NCBI RefSeq assembly: GCF_001194135.2
Contig: NC_068990.1
Location: 63,311,684-63,375,683, forward strand
Reading direction: 5' to 3'
Source of the DNA: Octopus bimaculoides
Taxonomy: Eukaryota
DNA length: 64,000 nucleotides
Shown: positions 49,681 to 62,599 of the stretch, piece after piece
How positions within the stretch are numbered: the stretch's first letter is position 1
Layout: the number at the start of each line of letters is the position of its first letter
Position numbers and translations under genes: made by a program
The notes under the pieces: generated by a model
Database searches by the model: none
What the model saw: only the letters and a program-made list of their open reading frames with translations
What the model was told of the DNA's origin: nothing

Positions 49681-50359
49681 CTATGGTCATGACGATGCTA
49701 ATGTGGCTGCTTCTTCTTACATATTAACTGCTATTACATTACAGTTTTACCAAAGAGCTTTCCCCACCGGAATATAAATGTCGTTGTCTTGGACGGCTTA
49801 TTCTGGTGTAATATAAGTATAGGTCTACGGTTATAAATTATGTCTTGCATATGTTTCTGTTGAGTTAAATATCAATAAGCTCATTTCATAGTATAGTTTA
49901 TATATCGAAAGAAATTAGAAACAAATCAATTAGTCAATAAAATATAATTTTATTCTCCAATGATAAAATTGGTATTATTTTTATAGTATTTCGTTAACCA
50001 TACACTTTATATTTGATCATTATACCCTTAATATAAAGAATCTTTATAGTTTATTCGCCATTGCATTAATATATGTTGTAAAACGCCTGCAATCGCTATG
50101 TGTAATCTACGAAAACATCTCGACTACATTTGATACATCGAATCATATTTATGGCATTTTAAGCGAAATGTGGATATTTCACAGGATATTTTAGTTATAT
50201 ATTTTAAATACACAGCTAAAATATCCTGTGAAAGTAAACGTATCTGTTGTAAAGCTTTTATTATTAAATAATTTATTTGTAACAGTGGAACTCGAAGCAG
50301 ATAAAGCTATAAATGATAGCTTGAAAACATTCGGTTTGGATAGGAAAAAAAAGGAAGTC

Positions 50360-50418
50360 TGCTCGTGGGACACGAACCTACATCTCCTGCGTACATGACA
50401 GATGTTTCACTATTGGAC
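50360..50418 (-). pseudogene. tRNA-like remnant (SINE head or tRNA pseudogene)
   Basis: gtccaatagtgaaacatctgtcatgtacgcaggagatgtaggttcgtgtcccacgagc has a B-box (ggttcg) and a partial cloverleaf, but no complete acceptor stem. Confidence 0.4.
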
Positions 50419-51166
50419 AAAATAATTTCTTTATCCATTTTAGATACTGTAGTCTTACAAGCTAGAATTTTTATGTTGTTGACATCATAAGAATTTAGAA
50501 ACTTCGAGAGAATGTGAAATAATTCTGTTCTAGAAAAGAGAAACTCGAAGCAGATAAACCGAACAGATGAAAGCGTGCAAAGAACTTTTTTAAGTTTTGG
50601 ATAGAAAAGATAGAATGTTATTACTAGTTATAGTAGAAAACAAAACATTAACACCTTCTTCACAGAGCGTAACATGTTAAGTATGGAAGCAGCCTATTCT
50701 AAATTGCTTAAATTAAAGGATTCTATTTTTTGTTTTGGAAGTTTTTAAACATAATTTAAGAAAAATCAGTATTTCAGCATTGTATTTCTATCGTTTCTTA
50801 CTTAGCATCGGCACTCTATCAGACATATTTTGTGGTGGTCACCTCTTTTATAAGAATTCATTGTACTTCTGATATAAGAAAAGACATTGAGAGGGACAGA
50901 GAGAGAGATAGAGTGAGAGCATGTATACATGTGTAAGCGTGTGTTTGTATGTGGTGGTAGTAGTGGTGGTGTGTGCCGAAAATACAATTCTTTTTTGTTT
51001 TTACAGAATACAACGAAAATCTTCCACTTCTGCAAATCTAGATGCAAATGTTCCTTTAAAAAGGTGCTAGAGTCAGTGTTGATTCTAGTTTTATATAAGC
51101 AAATGAGAGACGATCAACTCATGATACAAACCTGGTGTATATAGCATAATATTTTGAGGCGGTATA

Positions 51167-51376
51167 AAGCGGTGAGCTGGCAGAATCGTCAGCACATCGG
51201 GCAGAATGCTTTGCGCTGTTTCGTCCGTCTTTACATTCTGAGTTCAAATTCTGCCGAGGTCGACTTTGTCCTTCATTCTTTCGGGGTCAATAAAATAAGT
51301 GCTAGTGCTCAACTGGAGTCGAAATAATCGACTTACATCCCGAAATATCTGGCCTTGTGCCAAAATTTGAAACAAA
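51167..51376 (+). mobile_element. SINE family A copy
   Basis: gcggtgagctggcagaatcg...ggccttgtgccaaaatttgaaac. Confidence 0.85.
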
Positions 51377-52899
51377 TATTTCTAGATGGTATACTTATTA
51401 TTCATTACTGATATTTCTATGATATGATGTGTGGTAAATTCAATGTTTCCACTGCAAGACGAAATATGGCATGTTATCTGATCGTCCAATACTAACTCGC
51501 CCAATTCACTTGAACACTAACGTTGCAAAAAATAAATAAAATAAAATCAGAAGGAATTCTTTTAAAGTGTCTCACCGTTCATGATTGTTTATAATTTTCC
51601 TTTAAACAAATCAACTAACATTATTGATTTTTAATTTTGGTCCCAAAAATACATTTTCCTTTAGTTTTAGTTTCACTTTGTAGCCTTTGAACTTGTCCCA
51701 TCATCTATCTGAAATCCTCACTATTGATATTCATTGTCTCCTCGAAATCCTTCATCAGACTTAATTTTGTGTGAAACGTTTAAAGAATATGTTTTCTGAT
51801 TTAATTAAATTTGAAGATGAATATATTGCGTAGTACGTTTCTGTTATTTCAGTCGATACACCTCAGTGTAGTGTTTTGTATCGTCACTATTTTCTTAAAG
51901 ATAAGCGGAAAAAACCGGAACGAAAAGATTAGGAACAAGTAAAGCAAAATATTTTATCCAGTAGTTAAACGACACTACGAGCTTGCCGTCCGTCATCGTC
52001 CAGATAATAGTAATGACGAAAATAAAATAAGCCTATAAAGTATAGGGAAACACAAAAGTATTAGGAGACAAATAACCTTTTTTAAAGTCGAACCCTCAAA
52101 ATATAAGCTTAACTTGTCTTTTATGAAATATACTGTATTAGCAAGTTTGTTGTGATATTGAATATACTTCAACAGATGGTCGATAATTAATTTATGATAA
52201 ATATGCAAATAAGTCTCGTAAAACACCAAGATGAATAAAGCCAACGTGAATAGTACCAACACAACGTAAACTAATTGCTACTTTCTATAGTTTGAATCTG
52301 AAGGAATCGACAATTCCATCATTCTAATTTATCAGATCTGCAGACACGCATGAGCAAACATTAAATAAATGCCGCAAAAACACTATAAAGGGAGTTGAAT
52401 TGAGTACGAAACAGAAAAGAATCAATAGCACAGAAAAGCTCAAGCGTACATTCAATTTTTTTTTTCTCTGAACTGAATCCTTCAGTCGATGTACCACATC
52501 AAAACAAAATCTTCGTGTTTGTTTTTCGCTCCGGTAGAATTTATGCATGAAGGGCTATCACATATAATTTGATAGAGGCTGAAGTAGTGAAAGACGATTA
52601 TGATTATTATTTTAATTTTAAAAGAAGTAGTCAGATTTAAGACGCTGTAGAGACAATTTTTGGAACAATATACCTTGTTTTACATTAGAAATTTTACAGC
52701 ATACACTCATCATTATAACTGTCATCAATTTCAGTTAACATTTTAAATACAACACTCTGTTACCAATTTCATATTAAATATTTTAAATTTTAAAAATAAC
52801 ACAAAGTAGTTTCTTTTAGCTGATGCCAGACACAAAAACGACAACACACCAACACTATGAACATCGCCGTGTTTCATTCGCTTTCTCGAGAGTTCCGAA

Positions 52900-53250
52900 C
52901 TTCCTGCTAGAGACGTAGGGGCAAGAGTTAGAGAATGAGGTGTGCTTTTTCAGTCGTTATCCGATTTCCCACTAGTCGCCGAATTCGCTCCCTATTGAGT
53001 ATTTGCCATCTCGACTCTCGACTATCTTTCCCTCTCCCAAGTCTTGTTGGTTTTCTATTGTCATCTATACTTCTGTAACTTGTTTTTCTAGGCAGAGATC
53101 TTCGCCCTACGGAAGCCCATTTATTTACCCTTGAGAAGAGGTGGTCCATATTCGTCTGGTTTCTTTCATTTGGTCTGTCCAGCATGGAAGGCCCTACCAG
53201 AGTGAGGCACAAAAGCCATCGCATTGCAACAAGGACTGGAGATTATGATA
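52900..53250 (-). mobile_element. Possible RTE-derived fragment
   Basis: GRRSLPRKTSY...KPTRLGRGKDSRESRW loosely resembles the RTE C-terminal R.PK..LY..GKR.RGRP..RW; weak. Confidence 0.3.
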
Positions 53251-55819
53251 GCGAATTCTTTTTAATTACAATGTAATATATTTAACAAATGTCTGTAGGT
53301 TAATATTCCTTAAGATTCTTCAATTAAACTTTCTTGACCACCACTTTATATATTGTTGAACTTGTAAGTTATGTAAGGGACGTTTAGCTGTAAGAAAACT
53401 CGCCAAGTTATATTCACGGGAGACGCTAAACAACTCGCCATATAAACTAGGAAACTATCATCAACTTTTCAATGCTCGGGTAAATGTAGTGGTGAAGTTG
53501 TGTTAGCCACAGCAACTATTCTGAGGTAATCATGGCTCATAAAATATATCCGTGTTACGGTATCAATGGCAGGATATGAGGCACTTTCATTTAATTATTC
53601 AGTGTATTATTTATTTGAAGCTCTGGCCCTGACTTTATATATTACACAGTCATATTGACGCCTGTCATTTACATATAAGTATAGTTATTTTTTCTTTGGG
53701 AAAAAGAAGGTCGTATTTTTAAGGAAAGAATAAGTTTTAGCAAAATCATTAGGGAAGTAGGTAAAGCGAAATATTAGTTGTTTCTTTTCTGTGCTACATA
53801 TTTAAAGTTTCCTATTGCCTTGAGACACAGTGTTTTATTTAATGGATGGTTTGAATATCTTACAATGACTAACTTGATTAAAATATATACGATCGAGTAA
53901 CATGTCTACTTGAAGTCTATGAAATTAGTATTAATAACATGTAGTCACCTATCCTCACATCTCATAAACATGTCACTACACTTCACCAAGTAAAACGTTT
54001 GATACGAAGGCATAAATACTCACTTCCCTAGGTGAGTCAATGTAAAAACTTTTCATAGTAATTGTTTTTTAAAACCATCTCTATAATAATCACCTTGTGT
54101 TATTTAATTTCTTATTTTATTTATCACCTCAGAATAGGATTCTGCCGCAGATCTGTAAGCCATACATTGTTCACTTAGACTCCGAGCCAACGAGTCAATC
54201 TCTTTGCACACTCTTTCTACTTACCTGTTTTACAAGCAGATAAGTAACTGAGACATTTTATCTATCTAATTATTACATCGTCCCATATCTTTATTGATTT
54301 GATATTTATTATTTAAGATATACTTTTCTGACGTTTCAGCGATTGATATTTTATCTGAAGTTTCAGCACTATTCTAATTCAGTGGATTAATTATCTATTT
54401 ATTTCGAAAATATATTATGTTTTCTCTTATCGTTGGAACTTTTGTGGTTATATCTGTTGTATTTGTTTTTATTGTTTATATATATTTTCCTTGTATGTTT
54501 CGAGAACCAGATAACCATGATAACACTTTACAGTTTATCTAACAGAAGGAATGACATTGCTATAGTTTAAAGAGTCATTCTTAAGAACATAATCTTTCAG
54601 AAGTTAGCTCACGTTTTATTTACTGTATATTTTATTTTATTTCATTTCTGCCTGTTCTGTTGTACTAAAGTTTTGATGAAAAGGAACTTGAAATAATAAT
54701 AAAGTAACAATATTAATATTAATAATAAAGAATATTAATCCTCCATGAAACACAAAATAAAAATCATGAGTGAAAATCAGTTAATAAGTCCACAATTACA
54801 GAAAATAAAAAGTAAGTTAAACTAATCAAGATGGAATGATAAGAAAGGCAGGAAGAAGAAAAGGAAAAATTCAGATGAAACATGACCGAAATGGATTTGT
54901 TTTTTTACTTATGTGTATTTCAAATCTTAAGTCGTGTTCCTTTTGACATTCATCATTAAATGCACACACATACAAACTCACTGTGAGAGGCACAGTCAAA
55001 CATAATTACATACGTCAGGTATACATAGACAGACAGACAGACACACGCACACAAGCACATACACACGAACACATGTACATACACATGCACACAATATTGA
55101 AGTACGCATTTACACTCCAGAACACGCACACTCTCATTAACAAACATAGCTACTTATGCATGTAGTCGTTTGATTATTAGCTAGAAGACACAAGTAAACA
55201 TACATATTTATTTTTATATTCACGCAATATTGAAGAATGATGGCGAGTGAATAAAAATGGATTAGGCGCTAAAAAGATGGAGATAAAAGGAAGTTGCATT
55301 ATGCATATATATGTGGAGGTGACTGAAATAAGGACGCATGTTTATCTTTAGCTCTGCAGGCAAGAAAGCACTCAATAAACTATTTATTCACAGTTAAGAT
55401 GTTTAAATTTTCTTTGTTTGTTACTCCGAGTTGGTTGAGTTACACTGTTTAGGCGGGACTACGGCTCATAAAATTTTCATTTCTACTTTAACAAACAGAT
55501 CACAAGTTTTTTGACTCCTGTATCACACATCAATTTAGGGATTACATGTGGAAAGAAATATATAACGCTGTTTCTTTAGGTCTGTTTCTGGATTAGGGAT
55601 TTATTAGAATAAGTACTGCTTTTATAATAAATTTATTCACATACTTACATTTCACTGTAATCCTACGATTTGTTGAAAGCATTAAACGGTTTCATATGAA
55701 TTTTCTATTTTCTCACAAGTAGAGAAAGCATATCTTATATCTTCGATATAGCAGGAGGTAACATTGTTTATTGACTAGTTAATTAACTTTTCTCAGTGCT
55801 GTTTTCCTTCTAGTTTTAC

Positions 55820-55880
<61 letters not shown>

Positions 55881-56133
55881 GACAGAGAGAGACAGACAGA
55901 CAGACAGAGACAGAGATAAAAATACACACACGCACGTAAACAAATATATTGAATATAACTCGAGTGTTACAATACCTACATTGCTAGATATAAGAGCTAA
56001 AAGGTTCTACAGCATTAGAGCTTTTCGTTCTTATTTCTAGCAATGTAGGTGCTCCAGCACCCAAGTCATATTTAGAGACAATTATAGCTTTCCTTTTTCG
56101 TAACACATTGCACATAGCTGTCTGTATTAATTT

Positions 56134-56213
<80 letters not shown>

Positions 56214-57195
56214 NNNNNNNNNNNNNNNNNNNNNNNNNNNNNNNNNNNNNNNNNNNNNNNNNNNNNNNNNNNNNNNNNNNNNNNNNNNNNNNNNNNNNNN
56301 NNNNNNNNNNNNNNNNNNNNNNNNNNNNNNNNNNNNNNNNNNNNNNNNNNNNNNNNNNNNNNNNNNNNNNNNNNNNNNNNNNNNNNNNNNNNNNNNNNNN
56401 NNNNNNNNNNNNNNNNNNNNNNNNNNNNNNNNNNNNNNNNNNNNNNNNNNNNNNNNNNNNNNNNNNNNNNNNNNNNNNNNNNNNNNNNNNNNNNNNNNNN
56501 NNNNNNNNNNNNNNNNNNNNNNNNNNNNNNNNNNNNNNNNNNNNNNNNNNNNNNNNNNNNNNNNNNNNNNNNNNNNNNNNNNNNNNNNNNNNNNNNNNNN
56601 NNNNNNNNNNNNNNNNNNNNNNNNNNNNNNNNNNNNNNNNNNNNNNNNNNNNNNNNNNNNNNNNNNNNNNNNNNNNNNNNNNNNNNNNNNNNNNNNNNNN
56701 NNNNNNNNNNNNNNNNNNNNNNNNNNNNNNNNNNNNNNNNNNNNNNNNNNNNNNNNNNNNNNNNNNNNNNNNNNNNATATATATATATATATATATATAT
56801 ATAAATCGGGGGAGTATCCTACTTAGTTCATGTAGGACAGACTGTGATGCGTTTAAGAAAACTAGTTTTTAATCTCGCTTTACATTGTTTGAGGATAATT
56901 TAATAATGGTTTGTGTTAAGATTTCGCTTTTGTTCGGCTTTTCCCATTTAGGAGTGGGTTGATTCATTCTTGCTCTTAATTTTATATATTAATATCCTCC
57001 TCTTCATCCCAAAATATACCATCGATGTCTCTCAACTTGCAGCTGTAATTATCTCAGATACTTTTCATCCTTAAAAGGGTTGCTTGCTGTGGTGGTTGTT
57101 GAACGTCAAGAATTTCTGTTGTAGCAGTAGTAGTGATTGGTGCAACTTAGACACAAGTCAGTCGATATTGAGCACATCTATGATTAAATACTTTC

Positions 57196-57413
57196 TATGA
57201 GTGGGTGCTGAAAAGTTCCTGGTTTTAAGAGTATCGCAAATGACCTGGATGGGGGCCCGAAACTGACGAGTCCTTTTACAGGGCCTAGAAAAACTGAAGG
57301 AGCGCTGGAGTATGTGAATCAGAGAAGGAAATATATTAGATAGAATCATAATGAACTGTTCGTCCTGTATTTTCTTTTACTCAAAATCAGGAACTGTTTA
57401 TTACTTCCTCGTA
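57196..57413 (+). mobile_element. mariner-derived MITE
   Basis: TIRs tatgagtgggtgctgaaaagttcctgg / caggaactgtttattacttcctcgta; internal GLEKLKER..YVN.R-like mariner C-terminal remnant. Confidence 0.75.
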
Positions 57414-58506
57414 CCTGTAAGCAAACCATTATGATTTATGTTAGCGAATACTTGTGAAAATGTGCCATTTTTCCAAAGGTCCTGGTGTAATTTGTTGGAT
57501 TTCAGAATGGTGTTTTCTAGCAAGTTGAACGCCGCTGAGGTTCTCCTCATTACTTTGAATGACTTGCAGTAGTTCTAGTTCGTAGGTAAAGTAAAGTTAA
57601 GAGCTGGGAAATATGAAAGGTGGCATGTGAGATAATTTTTTTTTTTTTTCTGGTTCAGCCCATTCATTAGTACAATTTTCTCTTAAAGGGGCTGTGAAGA
57701 TTGGAAAGGGAACGGTCAAATTGCTGTTTTGATAAAATTAAATAGGTTTATACTGTGCAAACTTTTTCCAATGCTTCGACGAAGAAAGCGGAAGTATACA
57801 GATGCAAACATTACTTAGTTGTATCATTCATATGAAGCGAATAGGAACAAAAATGTTTCACAAATATTTTGCAAAGCTGGTATTAGTCTGTTGGAGAAGT
57901 GCGAAATTAGTGCATCTATTTTTTTTTAATCAGGTGTCTAATTAGTTTGATTTATCTATGCAGGATTGGGAGCATTCTAACATAGTGAGCTACTTTTTTG
58001 TATTTGGTTTTAGAGTTGCGATCGAATCTTGTACATATTTAATCTCTCTTATCTTTTAGGATCACAGTGGATAATATACCAATGTGTGCGTACACGTGTG
58101 TGGCGTGTGTGTAGGTCCTGCTCACAAACACATACTCGCGCGCGCACACACGCACACACACACACACACACACACACTCACGGGTCTGTTCAAGTATCTT
58201 TTTTTAAAACAACACAACACATTTATTTCAAAGAACTGCATCCTCCATACATCGGTATTATTTCGATTTGACTTAAAATGACCTTCCCAATTTTATATTT
58301 GTTCTGCATTTTTAATGCGAAGCCTTTTCCAATTAATATCTGTTGCTATGATATTTCACAATGATGAAATGTCGTCACGACTCAAACGGTATTCGCTAAA
58401 CATAGTTTTAATCGTTGGTATATTTCGGTGCAAATTTCAGTATTATTTCTACAAGCTATATTACACACACAGTGCATTTCCTGACTAATCAGTAATCACT
58501 ATGAAA

Positions 58507-58543
<37 letters not shown>

Positions 58544-59399
58544 ACGTACACTCACGCGCCCAAATTCTCGCGCGCACACATACACTACACACATATATAC
58601 ACACACACACACACACACATACACGCGCACGCTAAAGTATTCATCATTTCATGAACTCACACATCTACAATTGTCGCTGGAAACTGTTTTCGTTTGATAT
58701 TTATTATATAATTAAATCCTTTGACAATTCCATGCAGGTGTCTACGTGGAAGCATTAAATCCTCAGACGATAGAAAACTCCACTAAGACTGGTTAGTAAC
58801 CATTCGGACACCTGCATCAAATAATTACTTGGAATTTTGTTACATAATTGTTCATACACACTACCTGGTATGTGGATTTGCCGTAAAGTCAATGGTATCC
58901 TCTTGAGAAACCTTGTTTCCGTTCCAGATGTAATTTCCTATAATAGAAAATTGACTTACTTCTCTATGTTCTTGGACACGACAGAAACACATAAGTACAT
59001 GAAATCAATAAGGATGGAGATTTTTGGATAGACACTACTAAATATCCAGTTTACTCAATCTATCGAAATAAGTCACCGAATAGATACGTACGGGCACATT
59101 AATATTAACTGTGGGCCTATGATCCACCGAGGAAACTTGTATGGATGGTCTTTATTTAGCTATGACATATAGCAGCCAATTCTGCCTCATGTTAAACCAT
59201 AACAGAATAAAAGGCAGTACTCATTGTATAACGCAGCCTGCGTCACACTATGTCTAAACAATAAAGAGACGATCGAATGCCTTTAAACCAGATTGGGAAA
59301 CCTTCCGACATAAGTCTGCCTCATTGAGTCAATTGAGACATGAACCAAATCAACATATTGCTCAAGAAATTCCACAATTTGCAGACATTCTTTTCTTTC

Positions 59400-59605
59400 T
59401 TTTATTCTTTTACTTGTTTCAGTCATTTGACTGCGGCCATGCTGGAACGCCGCCTTTAGTCGAGCAAATCGACCCCGGGACTTATTCTTTGGAAGTCTAG
59501 TATTTATTCTATCGGTCTCTTTTGCTGAACCGTTAAGTTACGGGGACGTAAACACACCAGCATCGATTGTCAAGCGATGTTGGGGGGACAAACACAGACA
59601 CACAA

Positions 59606-59671
<66 letters not shown>

Positions 59672-59830
59672 GACGGGCTTCTTTCAGTTTCCGTCTACCA
59701 AATCCACTCACAAGGCTTTGGTCAGCCCGAGGCTATAGTAGAAGACACTTGCCCAAGGTGCCACGCAGTGGGACTGAACCCGGAACCATGTGGTTGGTAA
59801 GCAAGCTACTTACCACACAGCCACTCCTGC
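59400..59830 (-). mobile_element. Full, young family B SINE with internal (CA)n(TA)n
   Basis: Head gcaggagtggctgtgtggtaagtagc...gggttcagtccc; microsatellite at 59595-59670; 3' half ends gactgaaacaagtaaaagaataaa. Confidence 0.92.
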
Positions 59831-60099
59831 TCCATAAGGAGAAATTCTATATTTTTAATTAGTAAGTTCGCTGAAGTAAGTTTACAACAAAATCAAAACA
59901 TTCGTACTTTACGATCTAAACTTTAAACATAGTCATTCCATAGACGACATATTCACAGAGATTGTTTAATTACATTTCTAATTTTACTGAAATTATCTGG
60001 TTAGCTCTATTCATTTTTCTATCGATGTCTTGCTCGCGCTCTCTATTTTTGACTTAGTTGGTATTTCCATTGCAACAAAATTAGGTATATATACGACGA

Positions 60100-60295
60100 T
60101 GCATCCACACGCACACACGCACACACACACACACAAGCACAAATACACACATACATACATACATACATACATACATGCACACACACATACATGCATACAT
60201 TCGTATACACACACAAACACACATACATACATACATACATACATACATACATACATACATACATACATACATACATACATACATACATACATACT
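60100..60295 (+). repeat. (CA)n and (CATA)n microsatellites
   Basis: Directly visible. Confidence 0.95.
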
Positions 60296-61165
60296 GACCA
60301 CCGCTGTCAACATCTACATTAACAGCGATACCGAAAAGATCTATGTGAGTCGAAATGATGGTGGTAGATTCATAAAATCCACCCAAACAGCTTTTGAATG
60401 TGGCATTATTTCACTCAAACACCTGCTGAACAGGAAGGAAAGAAATGAGTACATTCCATGCATGCTCAAAAGTGAGAGCAACAACATTTTCAGAGTTGGA
60501 GAAGAATTACTGTGCAAGTACTTTAAGAATGAAACTGTCTCGGGCGATCGAATTGAGGTTGGACTGACCTAGCTGAACAGAAACTTGGAGGAAAAGCAGA
60601 CATTATACCAGCAAAAAGAAACGCATGGGTACATATCCGGTAAGTAAGAGGATAACAACAGCATTGACAGGAAGAGAAGCCTCTCCCGAACCTGTGATAG
60701 ATACATTACATCCCACCTAAAAGGATATGCTTTTGCTATTCAAGAACAGAACATAGCTATCAAATACCTGACAAACAAGCGGGATAAAGATACTACCAAA
60801 CAGCCGCATTGCGATAGAAAGTCTCGGCTCTACGGTACTTGTGTAGAAGATATTAACCACATCAGTAGCAGCTGCTCCAAAATGTCTACAAGATGATACC
60901 TCCTTCTGAGGTAAAGCTGTCTGCAGGAAGGATTGCTCTGATGTATTCAGGGCAATGTCAGAACCAGCATGTATTCACAACTTTAAAAAAGGAACACTGA
61001 TGGAATAATAAAAATAGCAATTCGATGCAAACATAACAGACCTGATATTGTTCTATGGGACAGAAAATAAAAGCCATGCACTGTTGTAGAGGTCGGCTAC
61101 TCAGCAGATGTGAATGTACAATCAAAATTTCAGGAAAAAGAGAACATTTATAGTGAATTAGCCAC
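60295..61165 (+). mobile_element. R4/NeSL-type REL-endonuclease retrotransposon, C-terminal fragment
   Basis: SDTEKIYVSRNDGGR (RLY..R..GGRG), GYAFAIQEQ, SRLYGTCVEDINHISSSC (decayed CCHC knuckle), KHNRPDIVLWD...VVEVG...EKENIYSEL (REL PD..D/E motif). Confidence 0.85.
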
Positions 61166-61217
61166 CCATACCTAGCAACAAGATTTGGTTACCTCTTACC
61201 GCAACTACTACTCCTAC

Positions 61218-61248
<31 letters not shown>

Positions 61249-61552
61249 AAGAAGAAAGCCAATTAAACTCCTTCAGCGTGAAAGAACCCCAAAACATGTC
61301 ATATTCATTCAATCACCAAAATTAAGCGCAGTAAATTATTTATGAACAAACCTGAACGACGCTTACATTTTAAGTTTACCCATTTATAATTATCATTTTG
61401 TGCAGCGTATTCTGTATATTGAAATGAAAATTTTAAAATAGGTTTTGGCAAACAAATTCATCTACCCTCCATTCCCTCTATTAATTTGTCATTTTCAGTT
61501 ACAGTTTCCAAGAAATATTTCTATAAATATCTGCCTGTATGTCTGTTTGTAC

Positions 61553-61712
61553 GCAGGAGTGGCTGTGTGGTAAGTAGCTTGCTTACCAACCACATGGTTC
61601 CGGGTTCAGTCCCACTGCGTGGCACTTTGGGCAAGTGTCTTCTACTATAGCCTCGGGCCGACCAAAGCCTTGTGAGTGGAGTTGGTAGACGGAAACTGAA
61701 AGAAGCCCGTCG
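61553..61712 (+). mobile_element. Family B SINE 5' half (continues into TA tract and gap)
   Basis: 157/160 identical to the reverse complement of 59671-59830. Confidence 0.92.
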
Positions 61713-62047
61713 TATATATGTATATATATATATATNNNNNNNNNNNNNNNNNNNNNNNNNNNNNNNNNNNNNNNNNNNNNNNNNNNNNNNNNNNNNNNNN
61801 NNNNNNNNNNNNNNNNNNNNNNNNNNNNNNNNNNNNNNNNNNNNNNNNNNNNNNNNNNNNNNNNNNNNNNNNNNNNNNNNNNNNNNNNNNNNNNNNNNNN
61901 NNNNNNNNNNNNNNNNNNNNNNNNNNNNNNNNNNNNNNNNNNNNNNNNNNNNNNNNNNNNNNNNNNNNNNNNNNNNNNNNNNNNNNNNNNNNNNNNNNNN
62001 NNNNNNNNNNNNNNNNNNNNNNNNNNNNNNNNNNNNNNNNNNNNNNN

Positions 62048-62078
<31 letters not shown>

Positions 62079-62109
62079 GTGTACATACATACATATTCAT
62101 ATATATCTA

Positions 62110-62468
62110 TTCTTTTATTTGTTTCAGTCATATGACTGCGGCCATGCTGGAGCACCGCCTTTAGTCAAACAAATCGACCCTAGGACTTATTCTTTGTAAG
62201 CCTAGTACTTATTCTATCGGTCTCTTTTGCCGAATCACTAAGTTACGGAGACGTGGACACACCAACATCGGTTGTCAAGCGATGGCGAGGGGGACAAATA
62301 CAGACACACAAACATACACACGCACACATATGACGGGCTTCTTTCATTTTCCGTCTACCAAATCCACTCACAAGGATTTGGTCGGCCCGCGGCAATAGTA
62401 GAAGACATCTTCCCAACGTGCCACGCAGTAGGACTGAACCCGGTACCATATGGTTGGTGAGCAAGCTA
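62110..62468 (-). mobile_element. Family B SINE, near full length
   Basis: Both halves present with a short internal CA tract. Confidence 0.9.
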
Positions 62469-62599
62469 CTTTATTTCATAAATTTTGCTACGAAGGCATT
62501 ACAAAGAGGGGACGAACAAAGACAGACAAACATAAAAAAGCGGAAGTAGCTGCTAATCGATTAAAAATTTAGGATGATAAATTAATGCAAATAAAATTT

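Noticed and set aside
49275-49777. Gly/Ser/Ala/Pro-rich ORFs on both strands
   Set aside because: Products of a degenerate trinucleotide tract, with no domain
52324-52548. ORF resembling a GPCR ICL3-TM6 (KKKLNVRLSFSVLLILFCFVLNSTPF)
   Set aside because: In-frame stop just upstream, no good splice sites, no other TM segments nearby; T-rich strands give hydrophobic peptides by chance
58730-59380. Possible decayed L1/Tx1 C-terminus (CVTLCLNNKETIECL) and 11-bp inverted repeat atgcaggtgtc/gacacctgcat
   Set aside because: Too degenerate to support a call without a search
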